Below, in pieces: positions 43,580 through 53,248 of a stretch of DNA of 58,962 nucleotides. The notes under the pieces were generated by a model. It worked only from the letters and a program-made list of their open reading frames with translations. It was not told the DNA's origin and ran no database searches. The position numbers and the translations under genes were made by a program. The DNA comes from an uncultured Nitrososphaeria archaeon (GTDB lineage: Archaea; Thermoproteota; Nitrososphaeria_A; Caldarchaeales; Wolframiiraptoraceae): contig CAYNFG010000003.1 of assembly GCA_964396455.1 (NCBI GenBank), forward strand, positions 1-58,962, read 5' to 3'. Position 1 is the first letter of the stretch. Every line of letters starts with the position of its first letter.

Positions 43580-46075
43580 ATGTCGCAGACGAGGCTTGAC
43601 GATCACGCTCATCAGGAAGTCTTCTACCTGCTCGGATGCGGGTATGATGGGAAGGCTGGAAAAGCCTATCTAAAGCTCTTAGATCCCCAGAGCCAGAAGG
43701 TTAAGCTACTATACGATGAGACGGGCCATAAGCCATACTGCTACGTAAAGGATCCGCCTGAGAAGATCGAGGAGCTTAAACTTCCAGGGGTCATAGCCTT
43801 AACGCGTGAAAGGAAATACGATCTACTAAGAGATCGGGAGATCGAGGTTACGAAGATAATTGCAAGCGATCCTCTAGCCGTGGGCGGGAGCAGTAGCTCG
43901 ATAAGGGAGAAGGTTAAGGCTTGGGAGGCCGATATACCCTACCACCTCTGCTACCTCTACGATATGAGGCTCACCCCAACGATGCCCTATCATCTAATGG
44001 ATGGAAAGCTCATCGAAGCAGCTCCAAGCCAGGAAAAGATAAAGAAGATAATTCAAGAGTACTTCAAGGATCTCACATCCGAGGAGCAGAAGCTCCTAAT
44101 AGACTGGCTTAGCCTCCTAGAGGCAGATCAGCCGAAGTTCAAGCATCTATCCCTGGATATCGAGGTATTATCGCCGATAGCGACTCGGGTCCCATCGCCT
44201 AGCAAGGCCAGGGATAAGGTTGTGGCGGTAGCGTTCGTTGGAAGCGATGGGCGGAGGGAAGTATATCTGCTTAAAACCCAGAACCTCGGCGAGATAAAGA
44301 AATCCGCGGAATTCGAGATAAAAGTCTATGATGATGAGGTCCAGATGCTGAGAGATGCATTCGATGTGATCAGGGAATATCCCGTAGTAGCGACATTTAA
44401 TGGAGATGATTTCGACATGCCCTATCTTAGGCATAGGGCCGAGGTTCTGAAGATCCCTAAAGACGATATTCCGATAAGCCTTGGAAGGGAGGGGGCGTCG
44501 CTTAAGCACGGCATCCACATAGACCTCTATAAATTCTTCATGAACAAGAGCATTCAAGTCTATGCATTCGATAACAAGTATAGGGAGCATACTCTCGAAG
44601 CCATCGCCCAAGCAATACTCGGGAAGGGGAAGGTGGCGATCGAGAAGCCTATCGGAGAGCTATCCGGAGAAGAGCTTGCGAGATACTGCTTCCAAGACGC
44701 ATTACTAGTCCATGAGCTATTAACGACGGATGATGATCTCGTCTTAAAGCTGTTGGTAGTTTTATCGAGGATAAGCCGGATGCCGATCGAGGATGTATGC
44801 AGGCACGGGGTATCAGGCTGGATAAAAAGCCTCCTCTATTACGAGCATAGGAGGAGGGGCTGCCTAATCCCAAGACACGACGAGCTCCTAGAGGAGAAGG
44901 GAGTGATCTCGACAAAAGCGGTGATCGAGGGCAAAAAGTATAGGGGGGCGATCGTAGTAGAGCCTGTGCCCGGCATACACTTCAACGTTACAGTCCTAGA
45001 CTTCTCATCCCTATACCCATCCGTATTAAAGGAGTGGAATCTAAGCTATGAGACGGCGAGATGCCCCCACCCAGAATGCAGAGACAATATCGTTCCCGAG
45101 ACAACCCACTGGATCTGCAAGAAGAGGAGGGGGATTCAGAGCGAGATAATAGGATGCCTTAGAGACATAAGGGTGAGATGGTATAAGCCGAAAAGCTCAG
45201 ACCAAAGCTTACCAGAAATCCAGAGGAGATGGTATGGGGTAGTCCAGAGAGCTTTGAAAGTATTCCTAAATGCGGCCTATGGAGTATTCGGCTTCGAGGA
45301 ATTCCCGCTCTACTGCCCGCCAGTAGCCGAGAGCACCGCAGCAATAGCAAGATACGCTTTTAGGAAAACCGTAGAAAAGGCGAGAGAACTAGGAGTCCAA
45401 GTCCTCTACGGAGATACCGATAGCCTATTCATAAAGACTAAGGATGAAAAAGTGATAGAAGAGCTTGTCAAGTGGGCGAGGAAAGAATTGAGATTAGACC
45501 TAGAATTGGATAAGCGATACAGATACGTGGTATTCTCCCAGAGAAAGAAAAACTATCTAGGCGTAACCGATAAAGGAGTAGTGGACGTAAAGGGATTAAC
45601 TGGGAAGAAAGCCCATATTCCAAAATTCATCAAAGACGCATTTGAGGAGATGTTAAACATTCTGCGCGAGGTCGAGACCGAGAAAGACTTCGAGGAGGCT
45701 AAGAGGAAAATAGAGGAGATCCTAAGGGCGAGATACCAAGCCCTCAAAAGAGGCGAATATAATCTAGAAGACCTATCCTTTAAGGTAATGCTCTCAAAAA
45801 GCGTAGATAGATATGTGAAGACGACTCCACCTCACGTAAAGGCTGCGAGAAAATTGATCAATCGTGGGATAACGGTTGTCCCAGGAGATATAATAGCTTA
45901 TGTAAGGACGAGAGATAGCGACGGCGTCGAGCCACTACAATTCGCGAGAAAGGATCAGATAGATGTGGATAAATACATCGAATATCTAACCTCGACCTTC
46001 GAGCAAGTCCTCGATGCACTCGGAATAGACTTTAACAAGATAACTGGAGTAACAAGCCTAGAATTCTTCATGTAG
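43580..46075 (+). CDS. polB: Family B DNA polymerase with intact exonuclease and polymerase motifs
   Basis: Exo I LSLDIEV, Exo II FNGDDFDMPYL, Exo III YCFQDA, motif A LDFSSLYPS, motif B KVFLNAAYGVFG, motif C LYGDTDS. The ATG is at 43580; the track begins at a TTG at 43574. Confidence 0.9.
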   Translation: MSQTRLDDHAHQEVFYLLGCGYDGKAGKAYLKLLDPQSQKVKLLYDETGHKPYCYVKDPPEKIEELKLPGVIALTRERKYDLLRDREIEVTKIIASDPLAVGGSSSSIREKVKAWEADIPYHLCYLYDMRLTPTMPYHLMDGKLIEAAPSQEKIKKIIQEYFKDLTSEEQKLLIDWLSLLEADQPKFKHLSLDIEVLSPIATRVPSPSKARDKVVAVAFVGSDGRREVYLLKTQNLGEIKKSAEFEIKVYDDEVQMLRDAFDVIREYPVVATFNGDDFDMPYLRHRAEVLKIPKDDIPISLGREGASLKHGIHIDLYKFFMNKSIQVYAFDNKYREHTLEAIAQAILGKGKVAIEKPIGELSGEELARYCFQDALLVHELLTTDDDLVLKLLVVLSRISRMPIEDVCRHGVSGWIKSLLYYEHRRRGCLIPRHDELLEEKGVISTKAVIEGKKYRGAIVVEPVPGIHFNVTVLDFSSLYPSVLKEWNLSYETARCPHPECRDNIVPETTHWICKKRRGIQSEIIGCLRDIRVRWYKPKSSDQSLPEIQRRWYGVVQRALKVFLNAAYGVFGFEEFPLYCPPVAESTAAIARYAFRKTVEKARELGVQVLYGDTDSLFIKTKDEKVIEELVKWARKELRLDLELDKRYRYVVFSQRKKNYLGVTDKGVVDVKGLTGKKAHIPKFIKDAFEEMLNILREVETEKDFEEAKRKIEEILRARYQALKRGEYNLEDLSFKVMLSKSVDRYVKTTPPHVKAARKLINRGITVVPGDIIAYVRTRDSDGVEPLQFARKDQIDVDKYIEYLTSTFEQVLDALGIDFNKITGVTSLEFFM

Positions 46076-46129
46076 TTAGCGTCATCTTCCGGGAGCAAGT
46101 TTTTAAACTAATCCAGCCGCTAACCCCCG

Positions 46130-46792
46130 ATGCTCGAGATCCGATCTATTAGCGTTGGCAAGCTTTTCACAAACGTCTATCTCGTCTTCGATAGCGAGTC
46201 CCGCGAGGGTATTCTAATAGATCCAGGCGATGAGGCTGAGCGGATCATGGAGCTTGTAAACCGGCTCGGCGTCGATGTTGAAGCGATATATCTAACTCAT
46301 GGGCATTTCGACCATCTTCTAGCTGTTAGAGATTTGAAGGCCGATCTTGATTGCAAGCTCTACCTCCATCCAGCGGATAGGGAAATTCTACCACTCGTCC
46401 CCCACGATGCAAGATACTTCTTGGGGAGAGATGTTCCGCCTCCACCCAAGCCGGATGAATGGCTTATAGACGGACAATCGATTAAGGTCGGAAGATACTA
46501 TGGCAAGGTTATTCATACGCCCGGCCATACTCCCGGCAGCGTCTGCTTCCTCTTCAGGGATATAATCTTCACGGGCGACACGCTTTTCGCAGGCTCGATC
46601 GGAAGGACGGACCTGCCCGGAGGCAGCCTCGAAAGCCTCCTCTCATCCCTAAAGAATAAGGTTCTAAAGCTCCCAGACGACTTCGTCATCTATCCCGGCC
46701 ATGGACCATCCTCCACGATCGGGGTCGAGCGCAGGCTGAACCCCTTCATCAGGCACATCACCGAACTCCAAGACTCCAGAAGACCCCCATGA
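46130..46792 (+). CDS. MBL-fold metallo-hydrolase (glyoxalase II-like)
   Basis: LTHGHFDH (HxHxDH), HTPGHTPGS, and GDTLFAGSIGRTDLPGG typical of the YcbL/GloB-like subgroup. Confidence 0.85.
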   Translation: MLEIRSISVGKLFTNVYLVFDSESREGILIDPGDEAERIMELVNRLGVDVEAIYLTHGHFDHLLAVRDLKADLDCKLYLHPADREILPLVPHDARYFLGRDVPPPPKPDEWLIDGQSIKVGRYYGKVIHTPGHTPGSVCFLFRDIIFTGDTLFAGSIGRTDLPGGSLESLLSSLKNKVLKLPDDFVIYPGHGPSSTIGVERRLNPFIRHITELQDSRRPP

Positions 46793-47848
46793 TTACTCCT
46801 CTATCTCGCATACAGGGCTTTTAGACTCCATGAATAGGTCTAGGGATAGCTGAGCTATTTCACGCATAAGCGATCGAATGTTCAGGCATATTATCTCAAA
46901 TTGTGCTAGGAACTCTGCAAATAACCTATCTTTCGACGCGGCTTTCATAAACACCTCCCTAAAACCTCCTGCGAGCAGATCGCCTGATATGCTCAAAACC
47001 TTATTCGCTTGATCGAACTCCAGCGAGAGATACGAATTAAACGATTTATCGAGCAGGCTCGATAACTCTAGGAGGACGCTTCTCACGACACTATATACCC
47101 GCGAGTCACTCCAAATCTTCTTCCTAAACCTCGAGATAAGCCTCGTTAAATGTATGAGATACTCCACCAGCCATCTAATGATCATCACTATGACTATGGA
47201 TGAGTAAACGTGGGTCGGATTCCTGAACCTTAGAGATCTTCCTATCTCCCTCCTCTTAAGATAGGTTATCATAAGCCTCGTATGAAGCTGGGAGAGTTCA
47301 TGAAGCCTATCCCCGAGGCTCTCGATATATGGTATGAGATCGTATCTCCCAGTCTCTAGGAAGTGCAGAATGTTATTGAAGATCTCGGAAGCCTGAAGAT
47401 AGCATCTCTTCACCAGATCATCTACCGAGAAGCGCGCATAGTCTAGGACATTCCTGATTACGAGCTTTGAATCCTTTTCATGGCTTATCTCCAAGCCCGG
47501 TAAAGCATTTACCACATCTTCGAGACCCTTAGAGATTTCTGGGATGGATTTTTCCGAGGAGGAGATATAGATTACGTCATACCCAACCCTATACCCGGCT
47601 ACAACAAGTTTTTGAAGCCTCTTCTCATCTTTACAGAGATCGGCATTTATCCTGCAGGAATGCTGCCTAAACCTAGCCTCAGGAGGGCTAAGCCTCAAGC
47701 TTCCATCGAGAGCCTCGCTAATCTCTATAAAGTCTCCAGGCTTAAGCCCCCTACTAAGAACCCACTGCTTAGGCAGGGAGATCGAGTAGCTCGCCTTCCC
47801 AACTATCTGGATTCTCCTGAAAACCCTGTCTAAGGTCTTTGGCTCCAT
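46793..47848 (-). CDS. AbrB/SpoVT-domain plus PhoU-like domain regulator (archaeal PhoU-like type)
   Basis: N-terminal GKASYSISLPKQWVLSRGLKPGDFIEISEALDGSLRLSP (SpoVT/AbrB) and a long helical C-terminal region resembling PhoU repeats. No pst genes are nearby. Confidence 0.65.
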   Translation of the reverse strand: MEPKTLDRVFRRIQIVGKASYSISLPKQWVLSRGLKPGDFIEISEALDGSLRLSPPEARFRQHSCRINADLCKDEKRLQKLVVAGYRVGYDVIYISSSEKSIPEISKGLEDVVNALPGLEISHEKDSKLVIRNVLDYARFSVDDLVKRCYLQASEIFNNILHFLETGRYDLIPYIESLGDRLHELSQLHTRLMITYLKRREIGRSLRFRNPTHVYSSIVIVMIIRWLVEYLIHLTRLISRFRKKIWSDSRVYSVVRSVLLELSSLLDKSFNSYLSLEFDQANKVLSISGDLLAGGFREVFMKAASKDRLFAEFLAQFEIICLNIRSLMREIAQLSLDLFMESKSPVCEIEE

Positions 47849-47933
47849 CTTCTCTACTTACATTACGTATAAACTTCGAAATAAGGTTTATTTAGCACCA
47901 ACACCGCGCAAGAGTGGGAGGTGAGGGAGCGGG

Positions 47934-48179
47934 ATGCTATTCCTAGATAAGAAGCCTCAGATGTCCTTAAGAAGGAGCTATGCGAACGGCTACAAATACT
48001 GTTCCAGATGTAGGATCTACTATCTCACGGATAGCGTTAGATGCCCATACTGCGGCATTCTTCTAAGGAATTCGCCGAGGAAGAAGAAGTCGCTAAGGCA
48101 TGCTAAGGTCGTCAATGTTCCAGAGGATATCGTTAAAGAGGCTGAGAATGTAAAGATAGAGGTTAAGACGAAGGCTTAA
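47934..48179 (+). CDS. Hypothetical small zinc-ribbon protein with a basic tail
   Basis: YCSRCRIYYLTDSVRCPYCG gives CxxC-x12-CxxC, followed by SPRKKKSLRH. It lies 114 nt upstream of the second polB. Confidence 0.35.
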   Translation: MLFLDKKPQMSLRRSYANGYKYCSRCRIYYLTDSVRCPYCGILLRNSPRKKKSLRHAKVVNVPEDIVKEAENVKIEVKTKA

Positions 48180-48186
48180 GCTGCGA

Positions 48187-48221
48187 GAGCCTTCGGCGAG
48201 CCATCATCCTAGCCGAAGCTC
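48187..48221 (+). other. Stem-loop (10-bp stem with one bulge, 14-nt loop) between the zinc-ribbon gene and the second polB
   Basis: GAGC(c)TTCGGC-gagccatcatccta-GCCGAAGCTC begins 8 nt after the stop codon and is followed by the pyrimidine-rich tatccaacctctcttctattct. It could be a terminator-like or regulatory structure. Confidence 0.3.
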
Positions 48222-48293
48222 TATCCAACCTCTCTTCTATTCTATAGGGCGACCGAAGAAGACTTAACCTGCCATTACGTATTATCTTCTTGG

Positions 48294-50552
48294 ATGAGGC
48301 TTTGGCTACTTGATATCGCGGCTGAGCCTGGAAGCAAGATTGATCTATGGCTGAAGGCTGAGGATGGCTCGACCTGGATTCATAGATCGCATTATATCCA
48401 AAATTTTTATCTCGTAGGCGATGTCGAGCGGGCTGCGAGTCTCTTAAAGCTGGAGAATATCCGATTTGAGAGATGTTCTAGAAGGTTTAGGGGGAGGTTG
48501 GTTGAGGCTTTAAGAGTTTATGCTGAATGTGATGATCTTGAGGAGTATGCTAGCAAGCTTGTGAAGAGGATCAGTAATGTAGAGGTTTATGAAGCCGATA
48601 TACGCTCCTCGGCTAAGTATCTGCTGGAGAAGGGTCTTAGACCATGCTCCTGGCTTGAGGTTGAGGGGAAGCCCGCTGGAGAAGAGGATGGGGTGCGTAT
48701 CCTAGAGGGAGGGGAGGCTAGAGAGGCTGCTGACGCTCCCCCGCCTAGGCTACGGATCGCTGCTCTAGATTTCGTATTCTTTGCTGAGAAGGGTTCTGCT
48801 AGACCTGACCGTGATCCGATTAGGCTTATCTCGATCAGCTTCGATGATGGGTTCGAGCTACAGCTAGAGGGCGATGAACGAGATATCCTACAATCCCTCA
48901 TATCGGTTATCAAGGAAAGGGATCCGGATATCCTAGTAGGCTTCGGCTTGAATAGAATCCAGTGGGGCTATCTCCTGGAGAGAGCTAGGAAGCTTGGGAT
49001 TAAGCCTAGCTTGGGTAGGCTTGGAGCCGAGCCTAGGACGAGCATTCATGGCCATGTCTCGATTCGTGGGCGATTGAATATAGATCTCGAGGAGATGGCT
49101 CGAGAGATCCCAGAGCTAACGATCGAGAATCTTGAGGAGTTCGTCGACTATCTCGGCCTTAAAGTTGAGCTGGATACGGTGGAAGAATACGAGCTTGCGG
49201 AGAGATGGGCTAGGGATAAGGAGTCGGTTAAGAGGTATTCGATGCAGAGGGCTAGAGCTATTCTAAAAGCCTTTGAAGCTCTTAGGGATTTCGTCTTTAA
49301 CCTAAGCGCCCTCACCTATATGCCGGCCGACTATGTCCTAACGGCGTCGGCTGGATTTAGGGTGGAAAACTATCTGATGAGCCTGGCCATCAGATCCGGC
49401 GAGCTCATTCCTAGGCGAACCGAGGTCATCCATGTAAGCTATCCAGGTGGCCTGGTGAAGGAGCCGATTAAGGGATTGCATGAAGATGTAGCTGTCCTAG
49501 ACTTTAGATCCATGTATCCAAGCCTCATGATCAAGTATAACATTTCCTTCGATACGCTAAGCCCTGATGGAGAGTATGTTGCGCCGAACGGCTATAGGTT
49601 TAGAGCGGAGCCTGAGGGCTTCCTGCCTAAAGCCCTAAAAACTTTGCTGGAGGAGCGTAGGAAGATCCAAGATCTTCTTAAGAGGCTTCCCCCGGATAGC
49701 GTCGAGGCCAGGATCCTCGATGCTAGGCAGAGGGTAGTTAAGATAATCGCTAACGCTATCTACGGCTATACGGGCTGGACTGGAGCGAGATGGTATAGTA
49801 GAGAGGTTGCAGAGGCGACTACAGCATGGGGTAGGGAGGTCATAAGCTCTACAATAAGAAAGGCTGAGGATCTCGGGATGAAGGTCGTCTACTCGGATAC
49901 CGACTCGGTCTTTTTAAAGAATTATGAAGGTAGGCTGGAGAAGCTCGTCGAATGGATAGAGAAGGATCTCGGCCTAGAGGCTAAGCTCGAGAAGGTGTTC
50001 AGGAGGGTGATCTTCACCGAGGCGAAGAAGAGGTATGCGGGGATAACCGAGGATGATAGGATAGAGATAGTCGGGCTTGAGGCTGTTAGAGGTGATTGGA
50101 GCTGGATAGCTAGAGAAGCTCAAAAAGCAACGATAGAAGCGCTCCTAAGGACGGGCGATCCCGGCGAAGCCCTGAGAAAGGCCAAGGATTATGTCCGAAT
50201 GCTTAAGCGTGGAGAAGTGGATCTAAAGAAGCTTATAATCTGGAGGCAGATAACGCGGCCGCTAAGCGAGTATTCGGCGACCCAGCCCCATATAATTGTC
50301 GCGAGAGAGCTGGTTAAAGAGGGTTGGAGAATCCAGCCCGGGGATAAGGTTGGCTATATAATCGCTAAGGGATCCGGCCCACTCTACTCGAGGGCTAGGC
50401 CATATTTCAAGATCTCTAGGGATGAAGTCGATTGGAGCTATTATATCGAGAAGCAGGTGGTCCCGGCATGCGGTAGGATACTTGAAGCTGTCGGAATAAA
50501 GGCCGATAAAATCCTTGAGACCGGAGAATCCACTTTAATGGAGTTCTTCTAG
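48294..50552 (+). CDS. polB: Family B DNA polymerase paralogue: polymerase motifs intact, 3'-5' exonuclease motifs degenerate
   Basis: Motif A LDFRSMYPS, motif B KIIANAIYGYTG, motif C VYSDTDS and KKRYAG are all intact. Exo I is ALDFVFF (DxE becomes DxV), Exo II GFGLNRIQWGYL (NGDxFD lost), Exo III YSMQRA (YxxxD becomes YxxxR). Confidence 0.9.
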   Translation: MRLWLLDIAAEPGSKIDLWLKAEDGSTWIHRSHYIQNFYLVGDVERAASLLKLENIRFERCSRRFRGRLVEALRVYAECDDLEEYASKLVKRISNVEVYEADIRSSAKYLLEKGLRPCSWLEVEGKPAGEEDGVRILEGGEAREAADAPPPRLRIAALDFVFFAEKGSARPDRDPIRLISISFDDGFELQLEGDERDILQSLISVIKERDPDILVGFGLNRIQWGYLLERARKLGIKPSLGRLGAEPRTSIHGHVSIRGRLNIDLEEMAREIPELTIENLEEFVDYLGLKVELDTVEEYELAERWARDKESVKRYSMQRARAILKAFEALRDFVFNLSALTYMPADYVLTASAGFRVENYLMSLAIRSGELIPRRTEVIHVSYPGGLVKEPIKGLHEDVAVLDFRSMYPSLMIKYNISFDTLSPDGEYVAPNGYRFRAEPEGFLPKALKTLLEERRKIQDLLKRLPPDSVEARILDARQRVVKIIANAIYGYTGWTGARWYSREVAEATTAWGREVISSTIRKAEDLGMKVVYSDTDSVFLKNYEGRLEKLVEWIEKDLGLEAKLEKVFRRVIFTEAKKRYAGITEDDRIEIVGLEAVRGDWSWIAREAQKATIEALLRTGDPGEALRKAKDYVRMLKRGEVDLKKLIIWRQITRPLSEYSATQPHIIVARELVKEGWRIQPGDKVGYIIAKGSGPLYSRARPYFKISRDEVDWSYYIEKQVVPACGRILEAVGIKADKILETGESTLMEFF

Positions 50553-50553
50553 G

Positions 50554-51132
50554 CTAGGTCTTCGGCTTCCTATCAAAGTAGATATTCTTTCCATAGGCTG
50601 AGAGCGGTATTCCGAGGGCTATATCAGAGTTTTTCAGAATTCCCAGTTCGAGGGCTGCGACCCCCACCGAGAACATGATTCTATTATCGACGTTGAGAAT
50701 CGAGGCCGTCTTAACGGCTGAGCCGACGGCTATTCCTAGATCTATTAGCTGGAGGACGCAGCTCGGTCCGGAATATCCCTTCCCCCGAATCCTTCTAGCA
50801 TTCTTAAATTCCTGGCATCCACTATATCCGCATCCGCCGCAGTCCAAGTCTTTAGGTTTGGAAGCCTTTACACCGATAAGAACTACAGCATCCGATCTCC
50901 GAACGTTATCCGCATCCCTGCTAAAGAACTTCAATTCTAGAGTTGATGAGAGTTCCTCCATCTTCCTAGCAATCCTCTCAAGCTCCTCCCTATCGGACAC
51001 CAGCACTATCTCGACATCGTCTAGACCTCGCGTCTTGGGAGCGGTCCTAGCGCTAATCATCATAAGCTTCGCAACCTCTATAATGGAATCCCTAAGGCTT
51101 GGACGGCTGCTCATCAGCCAGAAGAGAGTCAT
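50554..51132 (-). CDS. DUF2148-like protein (ferredoxin-domain-containing, COG4739-like)
   Basis: ARTAPKTRGLDD...DCGGCGYSGCQEF...GPSCVLQLIDLGIAVGSA matches my recollection of DUF2148. Met7 (51114) fits better with the ctcttatataagc TATA at about 51137-51150. Confidence 0.5.
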   Translation of the reverse strand: MTLFWLMSSRPSLRDSIIEVAKLMMISARTAPKTRGLDDVEIVLVSDREELERIARKMEELSSTLELKFFSRDADNVRRSDAVVLIGVKASKPKDLDCGGCGYSGCQEFKNARRIRGKGYSGPSCVLQLIDLGIAVGSAVKTASILNVDNRIMFSVGVAALELGILKNSDIALGIPLSAYGKNIYFDRKPKT

Positions 51133-51202
51133 CGGCTCTTATATAAGCTCCTCGAAGGAGGAAATCGATCTTATAATCATCTGCCCGAACAGTATATTCG
51201 GG

Positions 51203-52408
51203 ATGGGCGATAGGGATTATTGGAAGGCTTTAAGGGAGGCGGCGACCATCCTGAAATCCTCATCCAAAGATGCTATCGTGATTTTTCATGATGATGCCGA
51301 TGGACTCTGCGCGGGGGCGATCGCATCCCTAGCCTTAGATAGAATCGGTGTAAGCCATAGGCTGGTCTGCATCGAGAAGCTCTCCCCCGAGATAGTCGAT
51401 CTAATACACTCCCTCAGCGATAAGCTATACCTCTACCTCGATATAGGATCTGGTAGAGCAGATCTGATCGCTAGGAAACTAGATGAAAAACCCGGTCTCG
51501 CGATAATAGTGGATCATCATGACCCGGCATCAGTAGATCATGAAAAGCTATTGCATCTAAATCCCGAGCTCTATGGATATAGCGGTGAATCTGATGTAAG
51601 CGGCTCAACCGCAACCTACCTCTTAATGAGAGAGCTCGTAGACCTAAGGGACGCCGCATGGATGGCGGTAATAGGATCTGCTGAAATTCCCGGAAATCTA
51701 AAGGAGCTTAATAGAATACCTCTAAACGACGCGGTCGAGAGAGGAGACGTCCAGATCTCGAGGGCTGGAGGGTCTGAGAGATACCTGATAAAGCCTTTTG
51801 GAAAGCCTTGGAATAAGCTCTCCTCAACCCTAACGGCTATCGGAAGCGCCGGATACTATGCTCGTGGCCCCCAGCAGGCTGTGGAAAGCTTAAAGGAGAG
51901 AAGGATTCCAGAGGAGCTTGCAGAACGTTTTGAAAAGCTTAGGAGGAGGAAATTCGCCCAGGCATTCGCAATAATCTCGAAGGGCGGGCTAAGACATGAA
52001 AAATATATCCAGTGGTATCATCTCGGCGACCTCTTCAAGGGCCTCGGCTCCAAGACTATAGGAACCCTTACCTCCATGCTCAGCTATAGAAGAGGCATAG
52101 ACCAGAAGAAGTATCTAATAGGGTTCATGAACTTCGAGCCTGAGATCCCGGGTTTAGGCAGGCTTAAGGGAGAATGGGTGAAGGTCTCGGTTCGAGCACC
52201 CAAACCCCTCCAGAGGCTTATCGAGAAGGATGAGATGCCGGCGATCTCAGACCTTACGATGAGAGCTGCGGAGAGGGCTGGGGGGTCCGGCGATGGTCAT
52301 AGATTCGCCGCATCGGCTCTAATACCGGCTGGAGGAGAAAACGTGTTCCTAGAAGAGTATGAGCGGCTCGTAGCAGAATATAAGGCTGGAGGGTTAGCGT
52401 CTGGTTAG
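51203..52408 (+). CDS. DHH/DHHA1 phosphoesterase (RecJ/Cdc45-like)
   Basis: DHH motifs VIFHDDADGLCAG (I), YLDIG (II), IVDHHD (III) and the DHHA1 GSGDGHRFAAS (GGGH-like). I start at the ATG at 51203 because the upstream 176 codons of the track ORF are antisense to the DUF2148 gene. TATA gatcttataatc lies about 29 nt upstream. Confidence 0.75.
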   Translation: MGDRDYWKALREAATILKSSSKDAIVIFHDDADGLCAGAIASLALDRIGVSHRLVCIEKLSPEIVDLIHSLSDKLYLYLDIGSGRADLIARKLDEKPGLAIIVDHHDPASVDHEKLLHLNPELYGYSGESDVSGSTATYLLMRELVDLRDAAWMAVIGSAEIPGNLKELNRIPLNDAVERGDVQISRAGGSERYLIKPFGKPWNKLSSTLTAIGSAGYYARGPQQAVESLKERRIPEELAERFEKLRRRKFAQAFAIISKGGLRHEKYIQWYHLGDLFKGLGSKTIGTLTSMLSYRRGIDQKKYLIGFMNFEPEIPGLGRLKGEWVKVSVRAPKPLQRLIEKDEMPAISDLTMRAAERAGGSGDGHRFAASALIPAGGENVFLEEYERLVAEYKAGGLASG

Positions 52409-53191
52409 GGCGTAAGCCCCGATGGCCATTAAGCCGAGGCCGCAGCCATAGAAGATAATCTTGATCGGGTCTGCCGATGGAAGCTTGTTAATACTTGTCA
52501 GGAAGGCTCCAAACCATGTGAAGCTCGTCAATAATCCAAGTATCAGGAATATGATTCCCGGAATGATCATTAGGAGGGCGAAGCCGAGCCTTGGGAACTC
52601 GCGTCCCAGGCTACTATCTCTTACGCTCTCGGGGACGAGTGCTGGGAAGACTCTCGCCGTAGCCCGTATGAGGAGGGGGGTTATCGTCAGGACGAAGGGT
52701 AGCATCGTCGCGAACCACCAGACTGTCAAGGCTAAGGTTAGGATCATCAGATTGGAGAAGCTTATCTCGAAAGCTCCAAGATAGAGGAACTTATAGACGT
52801 AGATGTAGAGGAATGCGACGATGAAATTCGCGAGGGTTAGCGTTATGAAGGTTGCTAGGATGAATCTCCTCCAGCTAAACTTCCTGCATATAGCCCCGAA
52901 GATATAGAAACCTATGAAGTTTCCGGGAACCGCTGCTATTAGGCTACCCATGTAAAGACCTCCATGCTTGATAGAATCGCATATAAGCGTGCCTATAGCC
53001 GCTCCCAGACCAGCAGGCATCGATCCGAAAACTACCGCGAAGAATGCCGGAATCACTACAGCCGGCCTAAATTGCCCAAAGCCGAGCGGAGATGGAATAT
53101 ATGCTGTTAGATAGGATGCCGCCGCATAGAGGGCTGCACACATCGCCGTTGCTACGACCTCTAGCGACCTCGGCTTCCTATACCCCTTCAT
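52394..53191 (-). CDS. Integral membrane protein (ECF-transporter S-component-like / QueT-like N-terminal half)
   Basis: About 7 hydrophobic helices. The N-terminal VATAMCAALYAAASYLTAYIPSPLG...FRPAVVIPAFFAVVFG resembles ECF S components. Weak call. Confidence 0.35.
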   Translation of the reverse strand: MKGYRKPRSLEVVATAMCAALYAAASYLTAYIPSPLGFGQFRPAVVIPAFFAVVFGSMPAGLGAAIGTLICDSIKHGGLYMGSLIAAVPGNFIGFYIFGAICRKFSWRRFILATFITLTLANFIVAFLYIYVYKFLYLGAFEISFSNLMILTLALTVWWFATMLPFVLTITPLLIRATARVFPALVPESVRDSSLGREFPRLGFALLMIIPGIIFLILGLLTSFTWFGAFLTSINKLPSADPIKIIFYGCGLGLMAIGAYALTRR

Positions 53192-53248
53192 CTAGCTTTT
53201 TCGCAAGGCTGGCTCAAGATAAGTATTAGATCTTGGAAATCAATATCA

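Noticed and set aside
50675-51202. N-terminal 176 codons of the 577-aa track ORF (50675..52408)
   Set aside because: This stretch is antisense to the DUF2148 gene, and its translation is Ser/Leu/Ile-rich with no motif. The DHH motifs begin just after the ATG at 51203, which has a TATA-like box about 29 nt upstream. I therefore annotated 51203..52408 only.
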